64,000 bases of DNA from Eledone cirrhosa (taxonomy: Eukaryota). The notes under the pieces were generated by a model, which was not told where the DNA came from, searched no databases, and saw only the letters and a program-made list of their open reading frames with translations. A program made the translations under genes and the position numbers. This document shows, in pieces, positions 23,698 to 37,754 of this stretch. The stretch covers positions 282,162,001 through 282,226,000 of the forward strand of contig OZ024743.1 of NCBI GenBank assembly GCA_964016885.1. Reading direction: 5' to 3'. Numbering within the stretch: the stretch's first letter is position 1; each line of letters begins with the position of its first letter.

Positions 23698-25743
23698 TAT
23701 AGAGAAATTTATCATGAAATATACTGTAATTTTGTTCTTCTCTTTTACATATAATTAATTAAATATTGATAGGAACCTAATAAATGAAATACACAAAAAT
23801 ATAAAATCTAAGCGAAGGGGAAAAGAAAAAGAAAGATTTACTAAAATTATTAACTATTTCAGTTAAGATCGTATTTGTAACCTAAAAAATTCTTATATCA
23901 AATTATTTTGGAAAATACTCATTTATATTGGAACCCCGCATGATTTTGTTACAGAGGTGGTTTTAGGCGGTCTGCTATTAAATCAGTTAAAATAAATAGC
24001 TTTGTATCATAAAACTAGATGTGGTTTTAGGCAGTCTGGTATCGAAACGGTTAAAGTATTCTGATTGATAATTAAAGGTTATTTCTGTTTATTTAATCAT
24101 TTACAATTCAAACTATATTATCATCATCATCATTGTTTAGTGTTTTCCCTGCTAAGTTGGACACATTGTCATAGTTTGGTCAGTACTCAAACAGAGCCAC
24201 TGACATCATCATCATCATCATCATCATTTAACGTCTATCTTCCAGATGAACCATGGAGGAGGATGATATCCATTTTTCTATTATATTCTTTATATCCATC
24301 TTTTAACATGGTGATTGGTTTGCTACAAATATATAAAATATCTTTGATATATCTTCTTATGGTACAAGCCTATAGAAATAAGATTCTTGTTAAGAAATGG
24401 TGTTAAAATGTTGGGTGAAAACATTAATTTTATAGATAAAATCCCACCTATATCAATCAACAAGCCACCCTCAGTTATGGTTGACCATTGATTGGTATCT
24501 GCAACTGGAGGATTTTTCTGAAAGACCAACAGCCACCTATCATGCAAGTTCCCCTCTTCATGCCACCAAAGTTGTCCAAGGAAAAAGCAAAGACTGATAT
24601 GGCTTGGTACCAGTCAAACACAGAACACAAAAAAAACAAAATAGATATTGCAAGGTATCATGTTTGACACTAACTGAATTGTGTTAAACTCTACTAATTC
24701 ACCACTCTGGACTGGTACTTTATCAGTCCTGAAAAGATGAAAGGCAAAGTTGATATTGGCAGAATTTTGAGATGGTACAAATACCACAAAGTCTTTTTGT
24801 CAAACACTCTGTAGGTCTGTGCCTCATCATTTGTCCAACTACCTACATGCCTGTAGAACTGCTGAATCAAAGCTTGCCTAGGGCTACACAACAACAATAA
24901 CATCAACAACACATTAGTAATTATGCAAACACTGTATGCCATGTTATGTTTCCTTTTCAGAGTAAGAAGGGCTAAACAATTTAGGTTTCCCTACAAGGAT
25001 CAATACTAAAGTATTGACCCTTTTCTGAGAAAAGCAGTTTGGTAACAACGCAAACATTTTAGATTAAAAAAAAATAAACAAATGGCATGATCCCCCATTT
25101 GCTCATAATATTGAGAGATGGAGGCAGTGACAATGACAATGGGAGTTTGGTTCCTTTGTGTTTGGACCCGGTATATATGTACATGTTTCACAGACATTAC
25201 TTACATGAAAGAATCCAGGAGAGAGATTCTTCTTTAAAGAGCTCCAGAAAAAAAGAGACAGCCAATTTTACCAGTATAACGTGGATTAATTGAAGTATTT
25301 TTCTTCTGACTTCAAACAATGATGTATAAATCTGATTAATCAGCAAACTTTCACTAATAAGATAATCAGTAACCCACTGATGAGTTGTCTCCTCTCTCTC
25401 TTCCTCTGTTACTGTTACAATAATGGTTCCTACTCTTTTGAACTAACAAGCTGTGTAACAGCCACATCATTTTTGTCATTGTTTTAACGTTGGCTTTCCC
25501 TGCTAAAAATCTATTCATTGCATCTACTTCCCTTTCCCCACTGTACAGTTTTTCCTCTTCCCCAAAGCTGCTGGCAACTTTCTGGAAGTCCTTTTCTTCT
25601 TTTCTTACATTTTTCTTCCCTACATCATGTGAGCTCTATAAGCCACAAAGAAGGCAGCCTATGAAGGACAGCAATCTCTCTGAATAATTGAATATGCAGG
25701 GCGAGTTGGACTCTGCAAATCTTAACAAGAGCAATGCATTTAA

Positions 25744-25964
25744 CCCTTTAGCATTGACATTACTCTATATATACTATTGTATTTTTGTGGTAAAGGCTTT
25801 ATCTTACATAATTATTTCACATAATATCAAATCTATGAGATTTTGGTACTATTTATTTTGAGAACAATACCTTAACATCATTATGAGCAGCCAGTTACGG
25901 CTTGTTTGAACAGAAAGGAGTGAGAGAGTTCTGGTCGGGTACGGCTGGTTTAAATGCTAACGGG
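25744..25964. mobile_element. piggyBac-like MITE (second copy 28681-28889; remnant about 14345-14467)
   Basis: TTAA-CCCTTTAGCATT...AATGCTAACGGG-TTAA. Confidence 0.75.
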
Positions 25965-28900
25965 TTAAGAGTGCAAGCACTCTGAATTAAAACTGATAGA
26001 GTAATGGAAACCTTTCTGTCCTGTCAGACAACAGCACTAGTGCTGGTAGCATGATAAAATCCATGATAAAGTCGTTGGTAATAGGAAGGACATCCAGCCA
26101 AAAAAGCCCTGCCAAAATCTCTGGAATGCACAACATATGTTTCATACTAATTGCATATACATGATTAACATTAGTCAAGTTAATGTCGCACACAATATTA
26201 GAGTATCTAACTTAATCATGTCGTCATCAAGTGGTTGTACAACTACTTTCCCTTATACGGGGGCAGTGGAAACATTTCTGAATTGGTGGGGAGGGGGGCA
26301 AATTTGGTCAATTTAGTTGTAGCTATCAGTTTAGCTTTTTGCACAGTACAATGGTCAGAAAATGCAATTTGAGTCCAAGCAGGTCATAAAAATGTTAAAA
26401 AAACTAATATTTTCTGAAAAGAGTTAAGCAACATAATTTTCATTCTTATTTCAAACTATTTTGGGTAACATCCACCATTAACTCTTAACATTCTGTACCA
26501 CATAAAGCCACATTAACAAGACATTCTTGAAAAGTGCAAAACAGCACTATGACTGCATCACATTAAAAAATTAACGTCTTTAATTTACTACAAATGTTCA
26601 TGATCTCTGTCCACTAGAAAATATTTTATAAACATTTGAATTAACAAACCTTATTTTAGATATTTTGTTAAAAGAAACATGCACCAAATAACATTTGGCT
26701 TCTCTCCTAAAATTATCAGATCTATAACCTAGATAAAAGAAGCCATAATATACTTTTCAAAATAAGAATTCTAAGTTGAAGGGAAACAAATGAGTGAAAA
26801 TGTATCCTTTGTTTATTTAGTTAGTTTACAATTGCATCTCATATGCTTGAAACCAATGCTATTTGGATTACAAGACTGATACTATAATGTTTAGAATTCA
26901 CATATTTTAGATTTTCTTGGATATGAATATGAAAATAATTGTTGGCTGTTTAATATACAAATATGTAGACTTTTCTGTATTATACAGCTTCAATATGACA
27001 CTTGAATAAATAAACAAAATGACAAGCTTACAATTAAATAAATAAAAAAAACTTAATTTGTCCCAAAGCTACTAAACTCTTGGGAATAAACAACTGAAAC
27101 CTATTTCCACTCCTTTAACAATTACAAATACTAGATAGGGTTATTGTATAATATTAAAACATAAGATCACCTTACAAGCCATCTCTTGAAATTCTTTGCT
27201 TACTTTCATGAGACTTTTATTTGCTTTTTCTACTAATGCATTACAATATGGTGTATCTGGGGATAGTGAGTAAATCTAGACCTAGACTCATCACCACCAT
27301 CATCATAATTTTTACCCCTGTTTTTCCATGTGTACATAGGTTAGATGAATCCTCTCTAGTACAGTATCTCTCCACTTGTCTCATTCCTTTGTCATCTTGG
27401 TGAAGTGTTGCTGAAATCAGTTTTCACCACATCTGCCTTCATCTTTCTTGAGCTACCTCTACCACAATTTCTGCCCACTTAGCACCTCTTCACCCAGCAA
27501 TCATCATCCATATACATTTCATGTCTGAAACAGTGCAATCTTCTCTTCTGCACACAACATCTGATTCCTCCTATGCTCAACTTTTCTCTCAGCTCATACA
27601 TGTTTTATCATTCATGAACATTAACATCACATCCAACAGAACATGTTCATTTATTTCTCTCCAACTTTTACATGTTCTCTGCATTCACTTCCTATGTCTC
27701 ACTACCATGCAACATTGCACTTTGCATGCAGGCATCATAATATACCTTTCAGTTATACTTCCTTGTACTTTATTCAACACCAATCCCAACTTACCCTCAC
27801 TTAATAATTTAACATTTTAGAGTTCATAATAAACTGAGAGCAATTCAAACATTAGCATTCTATCCGGTCAGTTATAGTAATGTAAAAGATAGGTATAAGT
27901 GAATGTCAACATTAATGTTTCTCAAGGAACAAGTTGGTGTCTTTGAAATAGAACAGTGGGTTTGATTATTTCCAATGTTTTCAACACTTGAAATAACTTC
28001 AGTGTGGTTAAATGAGGTGATTAGAAAAAAAAAAATAAGAGATTAGCTAACATTATTCTTTGGCTGAGCAAGTAGTCAGAGCCATGATGGTTAAGAAAAA
28101 TGTTATTGTATCAATCACAGCCTAATATGGTCAAAACAGAAAACAAAATGACATCTATTCCTTGCTTGATACAAAACTATCTTATAATGGAGTTTTTTTT
28201 TATTATTGATGAATTTTATAACACAATTAAAAATAAGAAAAAAATTAACAGCAACTTAAAATAATCTTACCTGTATTGTTGCCTTTGAGAGGTGCAATTT
28301 GGCAAGATCAAATAAAATAAAATAAAGCACTGAGGTTGATTTAATCGACTTTCCTTTTCCCTTCAAATTACTGGCATTGTGCCTTATGTAGAAACAATAT
28401 TATGCTACATTTTGTCTTTTTATTTACTCAAAATCAGAAAAAATCTTATGCAATAAACCAGAATTTTGTATATTTGCTTATGCAATTGGTCAATCAATAC
28501 TACCTAGATTTCAACGCTAAATAGTGTGTTATTTAAAAAAGTTATGCAGTTATCATCAGTATCACCATTTTATTGTCTGTCTTTCCATGCTCTCATGGAT
28601 CAGACAAGTCTTCTCCAGTACAATTTCCCTCCGCTCTTTGCATTCCTTCATCATCTCTTCAGTGAGGTTTAGTGATTTAACCTTTAACATTTACATTACT
28701 CTATATATACTATTGTATTTTCACGGTAAACACTTTATTTCACATATTTATCTCACAAATATCAAATTTACAAGATTTTGATATTATTTATTTTGAGAAC
28801 AATACCTTAACATAAGTATGAGCAGCCAGTTACGGGCGGTTTGAACAGAAAGAGGTGAAAGAATTCTGGCCGGTTTAAATGCTAAAGGGTTAAAATCAAC

Positions 28901-29484
28901 TTTCATCACTTCAGCCAAAGCTTCCTTCTACTGACCTTTCACAATAACCATCAACAATATGCATCATGTGTCCATACCAACATAATCTTCTCTGATTCCT
29001 CTTATATCCATTTTTTTCTCTCAGTTCCTCTATGCTTTGTCTTTTATGCACACTAACATTACACATCCATTAGAGCATGCCTGATTCATTTCTGTCCATC
29101 CTCTACATTCCCCACTCATGTCTCACTCCTATATTTTGCATGTTGGCATCATTCAACCTGCCTTTCACTCAAAGAAAATATCTTTCATCATCCTCGTCAT
29201 CACTGTTTAATGGCCATTTTCTAATCTTGTATGGGTTAAACAGGTTAGAGGTTAGACCAATCCATTTTGGGCTTGGCTTCTTGGTTGGATGTCCTTCCTA
29301 ATGCCAACCACTTCACAGCATATACAGGGAACATTTTATCGTGATCCTAGCACTACATACTAATACAGTTGGGTGGATGTATTTTATTGTGGCATGAAAA
29401 CTACCACTGGACAGGGTGCTTTTTCATGACTCAATTAAATGGATATGACTAACTAAATAAATAAAAACAATTTTTTTTAAAAAT

Positions 29485-29497
29485 TTTATTTTTTATT
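29485..29497 (-). promoter_or_regulatory. candidate polyadenylation signals (two AATAAA) of NAA35
   Basis: two AATAAA on the minus strand about 240 nt downstream of the stop; AT-rich context makes chance matches likely. Confidence 0.35.
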
Positions 29498-29731
29498 ATC
29501 AATCTATAACAAAAGATTTTAAGACTGATGCAGTCAAAGAATCATTTGCAACAAAGCAGATAGCTTATTTGTCTCTGACCAACTTCAGCCAATGTCCAAA
29601 TCACATTACAGTAGCCATGACAACAAAACAATCAATCCACCTGAATGAACCAATGTAAGCTCAGGTTAGCTCTTCATTATTCTCATGACATTCTTATGTC
29701 AAAGGTAGAATAATAATATTCTGGTGCCAAA

Positions 29732-29791
29732 CTAATTTAATTTAATTACAGGACAAACTTTGCTGAGGCTGAAGTCAAATTCTGGTGGATC
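29732..29791 (-). CDS. NAA35: NAA35 terminal coding exon with stop codon
   Basis: tttttccag|GAT...TAG; DPPEFDFSLSKVCPVIKLN* (cf. PPEFDFSAHKYFPVVKLV*); the seven exons total 789 nt = 262 aa + stop. Confidence 0.93.
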   Translation of the reverse strand, partial: DPPEFDFSLSKVCPVIKLN

Positions 29792-29874
29792 CTGGAAAAA
29801 TACAAAGAAAAATATTCATTTTAATTTTACAAGTCAATGTTTATTTTTGCAACTCTAGTCTTTAAACTGCTCTG

Positions 29875-30890
29875 TAGATATTATTGCTCTTTAAATAAAT
29901 ATTGCAGTGTAGATAACTGTTGTTGTGTAGATAATCACTGATGTGTAGATAACTATTACTGGGTAGATAACTATTACTGTGTAGATAACTATTGTTGTGT
30001 AGATAACCATTACTGTGTAGATAACTGTTGTTGTGTAGATATTATTGCTGTGTAAATAACCAATGGTGTGTAGATAACCATCGCTGTGTAGATATTATTG
30101 CTGTGTAGGTAATTATTGTTGTGTAGGTAACCATCGCTGTGTATATAACCAATACTGTGTAGGTAACTATTGATGTGTATATAACCAATGCTGTGTAGGT
30201 AACTATTGCTGTGTATATAACCAATACTGTGTAGGTAACTATTGCTGTGTATATAACCAATGCTGTGTAGGTAACTATTGCTGTGTATATAACCAATTGC
30301 TGTGTAGGTAACTATTGCTGTGTATATAACCAATACTGTGTAGGTAACTATTGCTGTGTATATAACCAATTGCTGTGTAGGTAACTATTGCTGTGTATAT
30401 AACCAATACTGTGTAGGTAACTATTGCTGTGTATATAACCAATTGCTGTGTAGGTAACTATTGCTGTGTATATAACCAATGCTGTGTAGGTAACTATTGC
30501 TGTGTATATAACCAATACTGTGTAGGTAACTATTGCTGTGTATATAACCAATACTGTGTAGGTAACTATTGCTGTGTATATAACCAATTGCTGTGTATAT
30601 AACCAATTGCTGTGTATATAACCAATGCTGTGTATATAACCAATACTGTGTAGGTAACTATTGCTGTGTATATAACCAATGCTGTGTATATAACCAATAC
30701 TGTGTAGGTAACAATTGATGTGTAGGTAACTATTGCTGTGTATATAACCATCACTGTGTAGATATTATTGCTGTGTAGGTAACTATTGCTGTGTATATAA
30801 CCATCACTGTGTAGATATTATTGCTGTGTAGGTAACTTATTGCTGTGTAAATAACCAATACTGTGTAGATATTATTGCTCCATAGATAAT
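29875..30890. repeat. 18/36-bp minisatellite in the last NAA35 intron
   Basis: gctgtgtaggtaactatt / gctgtgtatataaccaat units over about 1 kb. Confidence 0.95.
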
Positions 30891-31191
30891 TATTACTCAG
30901 AAAAATGTTGTTATGTCAGTCATAAAGACAAGTATTCTAGTTGTTCAATCAATAGAGCAGCCTGCTCTTGAAATTAACATGCAAGTGACTGAGCATTCGA
31001 CAGGCACTTGTACCTTTAATGCAATTCCTGGGGAGTTCTATCATAAAAGAGTGTGTAATAAAGTTGGCACTTTGAATTACAGGTACAGCCAGCTAGGTGG
31101 ATTGGAGCAATGTAAAATATAGTGTCTTGCTCAAGGAAACAATGCACTGCCATATATAAAACTCATGACCATACATTCATGAACCAAACAC

Positions 31192-31703
31192 ATCATCATC
31201 ATCATCATCGTTTAACGTCCATCTTCCACGCTTGCATGGGTTTGGACGGGAGTTTTCCCACTTGAGGCAAGAGTGGTTGTCTTGCTCGTATAGGACTGTC
31301 TGGCGGGTTTTCTACGGCTGGATGCCCTTCCTAACACCAACCACGTTTACAGTGTGGACTGGGAGGTTTTTACCGTGTTACCTTCACGGCCACATTACAG
31401 CGTGGACTGTGTTTTTTTGTCGTGACACCTACATGACCTCATTTATTTCGGACTGGATGTTGTGGTACCAACATAACTTTACATCGAAAGGGGTGGTGTG
31501 GATGGGGTGGGGGTAGTGGAACGGGGGTGTATTTTTGTTAAGAGGTGCCTACTGACTGTAGGTTTCGCTTTGTACTTAGGCAAGGCGGGTCTTCTGTATT
31601 ACTGTGTAGCGCCAAAGATCTCGGTCTAGTGACATTGTCTTGGAGAGGTGTAAGTGTGTGAGGTCGGAATTTATCAAGTCGTCCCAGGTTTTTCTTGGTC
31701 TGA
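31192..31703 (-). mobile_element. RTE LINE 3' end
   Basis: same 3'UTR and (CAT)n tail as 7148-8083 and 49206. Confidence 0.88.
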
Positions 31704-32385
31704 AACACTAAGCCATGTAGTACCTTCACAAAAAATAAATAGATAAGAGAAAGCTATGTTTTTCAGAATCCATTATTTTGTTCTTATTGAAATCAATAAT
31801 GAAATAAGACTGCATGATGCCACAATGAGCTAATTATCATATAAATCCAATACTTAGCTCCAGATCAATACTACTTATGAGATGAGAGGTGAACCTTTCC
31901 TTGAATAGATCTCGAGTTCATTGCAGACATTTCCTGAAATCTGGTATATAATTCTTCCCACCAAGAATTCAGACATAGGAAAGTAAGTGTACTTCATTGA
32001 CAGAAATAAAATTCTGTTACAATTTTCTAATATTATTTTTTCTTTAAATTTTTTCTTTAGAGCGGTGAATTGGCAGTATCGGTAGAGGGTTAGACGCCAT
32101 GCTTTCTAGCATAGTTACATCCCTTTACAGTCTGAGTTCAAATCCCGCTGAGGTTAACTTTGCCTTTCATCCTTACGGGGTCGATAAAATAAAGTACCAG
32201 TAATGTACTGGGTAATTGCTGGCCTTGTGCCTAAAGTAGAAACAATTATTTTTTCTTTAAATGCTTTCATAGATAAATCTGAAATTGTCTTCAGAAGACA
32301 AACAAACTGCAATGCTTAAAACTCCTTAAATTGGTTCCGAGATCCATGCAAACACATTAACAGAATATAATTCAGTTATACTTAC

Positions 32386-32466
32386 AGAAGAATCCTTTTT
32401 GTGACCACTTAACAAAAGTTTCAGTACAACATAATTTGTTTTTGCAATTTTAATTAGGTTTTGAAC
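32386..32466 (-). CDS. NAA35: NAA35 coding exon
   Basis: tttcag|GTT...TCT|gtaagt; 81 nt; VQNLIKIAKTNYVVLKLLLSGHKKDSS (cf. [27 protein letters not shown]). Confidence 0.93.
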
Positions 32467-32552
32467 CTGAAATTAATTTTAAAAATTCCATTATTAAGAT
32501 TCAGTGATCTACAAAAAAACCCCTACTTTTTATTTCATTAATGTTGAAGTCA

Positions 32553-33426
32553 GCATCATCATCATCATCATCATCATCATTGTTTTTACATGTTTTTCCA
32601 CGCTCACATGGGTTGGACAGGTCTTCCTCAGTACAGCATCTCTACACTCACCCCATTTCTTTGTCATCTCCTCTGTGAGTGTCAGCAATTTGAGGTCGGC
32701 TCTCACAACCTTTGCCCAGGTCTTTCTCAGTCTACCTCTAATGTGGCTTCCTTTCACTGGCATTTTCTGGCACTGCTTCACCCATCAATCATCATCCATG
32801 CACATCACATGTCTATACCAATGCAGTCATCTCTCCTGCACACCACCTTGGATTCCTCTTAAACCTAGTTTCTCCCTCAGTTCAGCCAAGCTCTAACTTT
32901 CTCTCACATTTACATTGCACATCCAATGAAGCATGGCTGCTTCCTTTTTCTCCAGTCTACACATGTCTTCTGTAATCACAGCCCATGTTTCACTAACATA
33001 CAGCATTGCACTTCACACACAGGCATCATACAGTCCTCCTTTTGTATGTAGGGAGAAACCTTTTGTTGTCAACAGTGGGAATAGCTCTCTAAACTTCTTT
33101 CATCCTATCCTTATTCTAGCTATTATGCTCTCATAGCACCCTCCTTCGCTGCTAATTAAGTCACCTAGATAGCAGAAGCTACCAACCACTTCTATGGACC
33201 CTTCCTGTGACTTGGAAAGGTTTATATCACTGACGCTCTTCCCCTCGATTTTTCCTGTGCACCTACATACAATGTCTTCCTTTTGTGTTATCCCACTACA
33301 TCTCTTGTAAACCCAAGATTTACATTGTGTACACCATATGTAGTTTATGCCTGCTCCTTTTCTACATATGGATCAGGGCCACTTCCCTGAAGGGATCTGA
33401 GTCCTATCTTTTTTCCTACTCACTAA
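32553..33426 (-). mobile_element. old RTE LINE 3' fragment
   Basis: degenerate GRLRKTW, FCYLGD and cysteine-finger remnants. Confidence 0.8.
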
Positions 33427-33552
33427 GAAAATAAACAATGTTCAAACTAGATAACATTTTTAATACTTCTAAGTTTTGCAATAGTAATGAAATATATTTC
33501 AAAATAATTTCATTAAAAAAATCTAAATTAAACTGCTACATCTATGAATATA

Positions 33553-34029
33553 CTGTATATACTCAAATATAAACCAATCCAAATATAAGCCAAATGTTTG
33601 AGTAATGGGTAAAAATCCAAATCACATGTATAAGCTGAGGCAGTTAATCAAGATATAATATTTAGATGGTGCAATTTTGAAATTCTCATGAGTGGTGAAT
33701 ATATTTAATAAGTTTTAAGTGTCGTTTAGAGTATGGTTTTTTGTTTCAGAACTCCATCATATAATAATATTTTGCAAATTTCTGACCACTCTAAAGACCA
33801 TATTCATTCAAAACACATGAAAAACAATAGAAAAAATGAATTTCATGTTGAAAGTGAAATCAGTATATTCACCACCAAAGCGAAAATATTTTAGCACCTC
33901 ATTTACGTAGAATTCAAAATTGGTGAAAATCAGCAAAATATTGACTTCGAATATAAGCCAACCTTTATTTCCCCATTGATTGATTTTTTTTTGTCACATA
34001 CTTGTCGGTTTATATACGAGTATATACAG
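33553..34029. mobile_element. pogo/Tc2-like MITE
   Basis: imperfect TIRs ctgtatatactcaaatataaacc / ggtttatatacgagtatatacag. Confidence 0.6.
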
Positions 34030-34764
34030 ACAATGAGTCATTTGTAAAACATTTTCTGCTGTATTGCTATAAAAGCAAACACTAAATGCAGATGTTGAAT
34101 ATAATTGAAAAGAAATTTGTATATTTTATGTGTTATGGCAACATAATGGGATTCATCATTGGTCTCAACAATGAATATTCATTTGTTTCACCAACTGAAT
34201 ACCTACTTGTGAAATTAATGTTAAGGTGGCTGAGTATTCCAGATGTGTACCCATAATGCAATTCTCAGGATGAATCAACAAGACCAAAATAACAAGACTG
34301 GAACTTAGAATTACAGGAGAGAGAGAGAATGGGCCCCCAGTACTGGACTGGTACTTTATTTATTGACCACAAACTGATAAAAGGCAAAGCTGATCTCAGC
34401 ATTGGTCAACCGGCACTATAATAAAAAACATTTTCCCAGGGCACCAGCCAATTCAATGCACACATATATATATATATATATATGTATGTATATATATCAT
34501 TATTATCAGGGCGGTGGATTGGCAGTATTGGTAGAGGGTCGGACGCCATGCTTTGACGCATAGAGTTACAGCCCTTGCCATTCTGAGTTCAAATCCCGCC
34601 GAGGTTAACTTTGCCTTTCATCCTTACGGGGTCGATAAAATAAAGTACCAGTAATACACTTGGTAATTGCTGGCCTTGTGCCTAACGAAGAAACAATTAT
34701 TATCATGATCACCATTTTTCCATGCTTGCATGGTTCAGACGGATCCTCCATGTTAAGAGACATG

Positions 34765-35470
34765 TCTGGCCAGGATGACATTGTCATCAAACCCACTGAT
34801 AAAGGTGGTGCCATGGTGGTGTGGCATACTGTCATCTATAGGACTGAGGCCCCCCACCAGCTTCCCAATACCCATTTTTACTGGCCTTTATCCTCTCACC
34901 CTACCCCAGGCTACCAACAGCTCATGTCCTCCACCATTCGCCAACTTATCTCTTCCTCTCTCCAACGCCCTACTACTACTAATCTTATAGTACGCACTCC
35001 TCATACACCCAACATCTACTTTTTCCCCAAGATACATAAACCTGATAATCCTAGTCACACTATTGTTTCCACCTGTAACAGCCCTACTGAAATAATTTCC
35101 CAATACCTTGACACCCTCTTTGCTCCCCTAATAAACGACCTCCCCTCCCACATCCATTACACTAATCATGCCCTTCGACTGTTTAACTCCATCTCTTTCT
35201 CTTCTGGTCCCTCTCGTCTTCCCTTTACCATGGACATTAACTCTCTCTACACTGATGGCCTCCGTGCTCTCCAACATTTTTTAGACCTACGCCCTACCCT
35301 AGCACTTCCCCTCTTCTCATTCTTGTTGAGCTTGTTCTCATTCTCAATGGTTTTTCCTTTTCTGGAGAGTTTTACAGACAGGTCTCTGGAGTAGCCATGG
35401 ATACAAGAATGGGCCCTAACTATGTCACTGGTCCAACCCCTGAGCTATATGGTGTTACATCGATGATGAA
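34765..35470 (+). mobile_element. PLE reverse transcriptase fragment in NAA35 intron
   Basis: DIVIKPTDKGGAMVV, YFFPKIHKP, TMDINSLYT, GVAM..RMGP, YIDD. Confidence 0.85.
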
Positions 35471-35806
35471 ATAATACTCTGACCCTTTTCTTGCTATATT
35501 TCTAATGAAAAACACGGCCTTTGATTTTCAACTCAATTTTGAAATAATCAAGAATTTGGAGAGATTTAGTAATATAGCTTTCTGATTATCAAACTAGTGT
35601 TTGAAGCATAACATTATGATGGAAGGTTGTGAGATAGATATAAACATTATCATCATTTAATGTCCATATTCAATGATGTTGATGATGTTTACATTTATCT
35701 CAAATAATTTATTTTATGATAGAACCAGAAGCAGTTTCAGACAGTTTGGAATCAGTTAAGGGTTAAGCTGGTTGAAATAAATAAAGAAAGAATAAACATA
35801 ACTCAC

Positions 35807-35929
35807 TTCTTCATTTGGATTAGGTATATTTTCATAGAAGGTCTTAGCCTGGTGGAATTGTTTACAAGCTAATCCATACATTTCAGTTGATGCTCGTTCA
35901 TAATTATATTTTGATAAATCATTCATTTC
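35807..35929 (-). CDS. NAA35: NAA35 coding exon
   Basis: caacag|GAA...GAA|gtgagt; 123 nt; EMNDLSKYNYERASTEMYGLACKQFHQAKTFYENIPNPNEE (cf. EMSDLNKY...KHFQQAKMILENIPNPDHE). Confidence 0.93.
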
Positions 35930-37715
35930 CTGTTGAAAATTAAAAAATTAAAAAAAGAAAAATAGTAAGTTTAAGAATTAAGTAAAAATTAACTGAATGT
36001 TAAACAGCTAAAGTGATTGTGTTAGGAAGAACAACTAACTGTAAAGCCATGCCTAAACTGGAACGTGTGCAAATGAGACATGGCCCTTTACATAAGTCTG
36101 TCAATGTGGACAGTAGTTCCAATGAAGTACTGGCTGGGTCTCTAACAACCTGTCCAATTTATGCCAACATAGAAAAACAGATGTAAAATGATAATCATGA
36201 TGATGAATCTCCAAGTCAAGAAATAAGGAAACATAACAAAAAGAACACAGTTATGTAAAAGTCATTGTAAAGGTCTTCTTTTACAATAGAGAAATTGTCA
36301 TCATTGTCATTGGCATCATCATCAGACATTTTACATATTTTCCAAGCTAACATGGATTAGACAGGATTTTTTGAGGCCTTGTTTAATTGTCAGATGCCCT
36401 TCCTGATATCAACTCTTTTAGTCACCCTTTTCTGATGACATGCAGGGATACAGTACACCTATTCTAAAAACAAGGATACATATGCTCTCAGGATACACAC
36501 AAGATAACCATGTGGAGCCCAAGTGCCATATATATACTGGTTTTTAGAAATCATCATCATCAATTAATGTTCATTTTCCCAGCTTGCAGGGACTGGATGG
36601 GTCATCAGAGACCAAGTCAGTACTCAATCTGAGCCACTGATCTCTACAGTATTTTATTATGCCTAAAAAATGGCCCCATTGATGAGTATGAAGATTGTCA
36701 TGGGATCCACATGGCTAACCTCTGCTTTAGCAGGAAATATGGCCTTCACCTTTTCATGACCATATTTCTATTGGAAGACACTGCCTATAATTTTGAAAAT
36801 AATCAAAGATTCAGAGGAATTTAGTAATATAACTTTCTCTTTACTAAGCTGGTGTTTGGAATATAATTTAAAGGTTCTAAGAGAAAATTATGAAGGTAGG
36901 GTTTTAGATATATATGTATGTGCGTATGGTCCCATAATTCCTGATAGTATCGAAGGGGCACTGTATTGACATACAGCGTTTCTTGGGCATTCTAAGCCTG
37001 GTGGAGCCCATCCTTCTCCAGGCCTGAGTACAGCAGACTTCTTCCATTGAAAGATAGAAAGTGAGAGAGAGGGAATGAGAAAGAGATATAGAGGAAGAAT
37101 CAACCCCAGTACTAGACTGGTACTTTTTTTATCGACCTCGAAAGGATAAAAAGCAAAGTTGACCTCGGCAGGATTTGAACTCAGAGAGCAGAGAGCTGAA
37201 ATGAGTACCATAAAGCATTCTATCCAACATTCTAACGACTCTGCCAATTTGCTGCCTATTAGATAAATATAAACACTTTAAAATAAACAGTTTTATATGA
37301 TAGAACCCAAGGGCAGTCTCAGGCAGTTAAAATGCTTCTTCTTCTTGTTCTAGTATATCATACACATTTTGTTGACTAAATATCTTTCTTCTGCTGTTTA
37401 CATATTATATTTCAACACCTTCTACATTTATTTACATGCAAATTTAGCAAAGTTAAAGGTTTATCAGAGACCTTCTGATATAATCCGGTTATTATTTAAT
37501 AACTGCATAGAAATTGTTTCATGTGAAATATAAAGTGTCATGATTAAAAACAAATTTTAACTATTTCTGATGTATGTAGTCAGTTTTTATATGATGCATG
37601 TAAAGAATAAGCTAAAGGTTTTTATTAACTCAGTAAATAAAACAGCACCCATTATGGAGTTAGACCAGGGTCAAGGGCTGAATTCAAGAAGAATATACTA
37701 CATCAGCAAAGCAAC

Positions 37716-37754
<39 letters not shown>

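Noticed and set aside
24960-25690. Short ORFs in unique-looking DNA
   Set aside because: No recognisable domain or consistent splice structure; includes a decayed SINE/LINE tail
30010-30754. Periodic ORFs (VIYTAIVTYT / IGYIHSNSYLHS)
   Set aside because: Products of the intronic minisatellite; frames shift with unit indels
31870-31935. Possible alternative last NAA35 exon (EMSAMNSRSIQGKVHLSSHK*)
   Set aside because: Weak polypyrimidine tract and no homology; the conserved terminal exon is at 29732-29791
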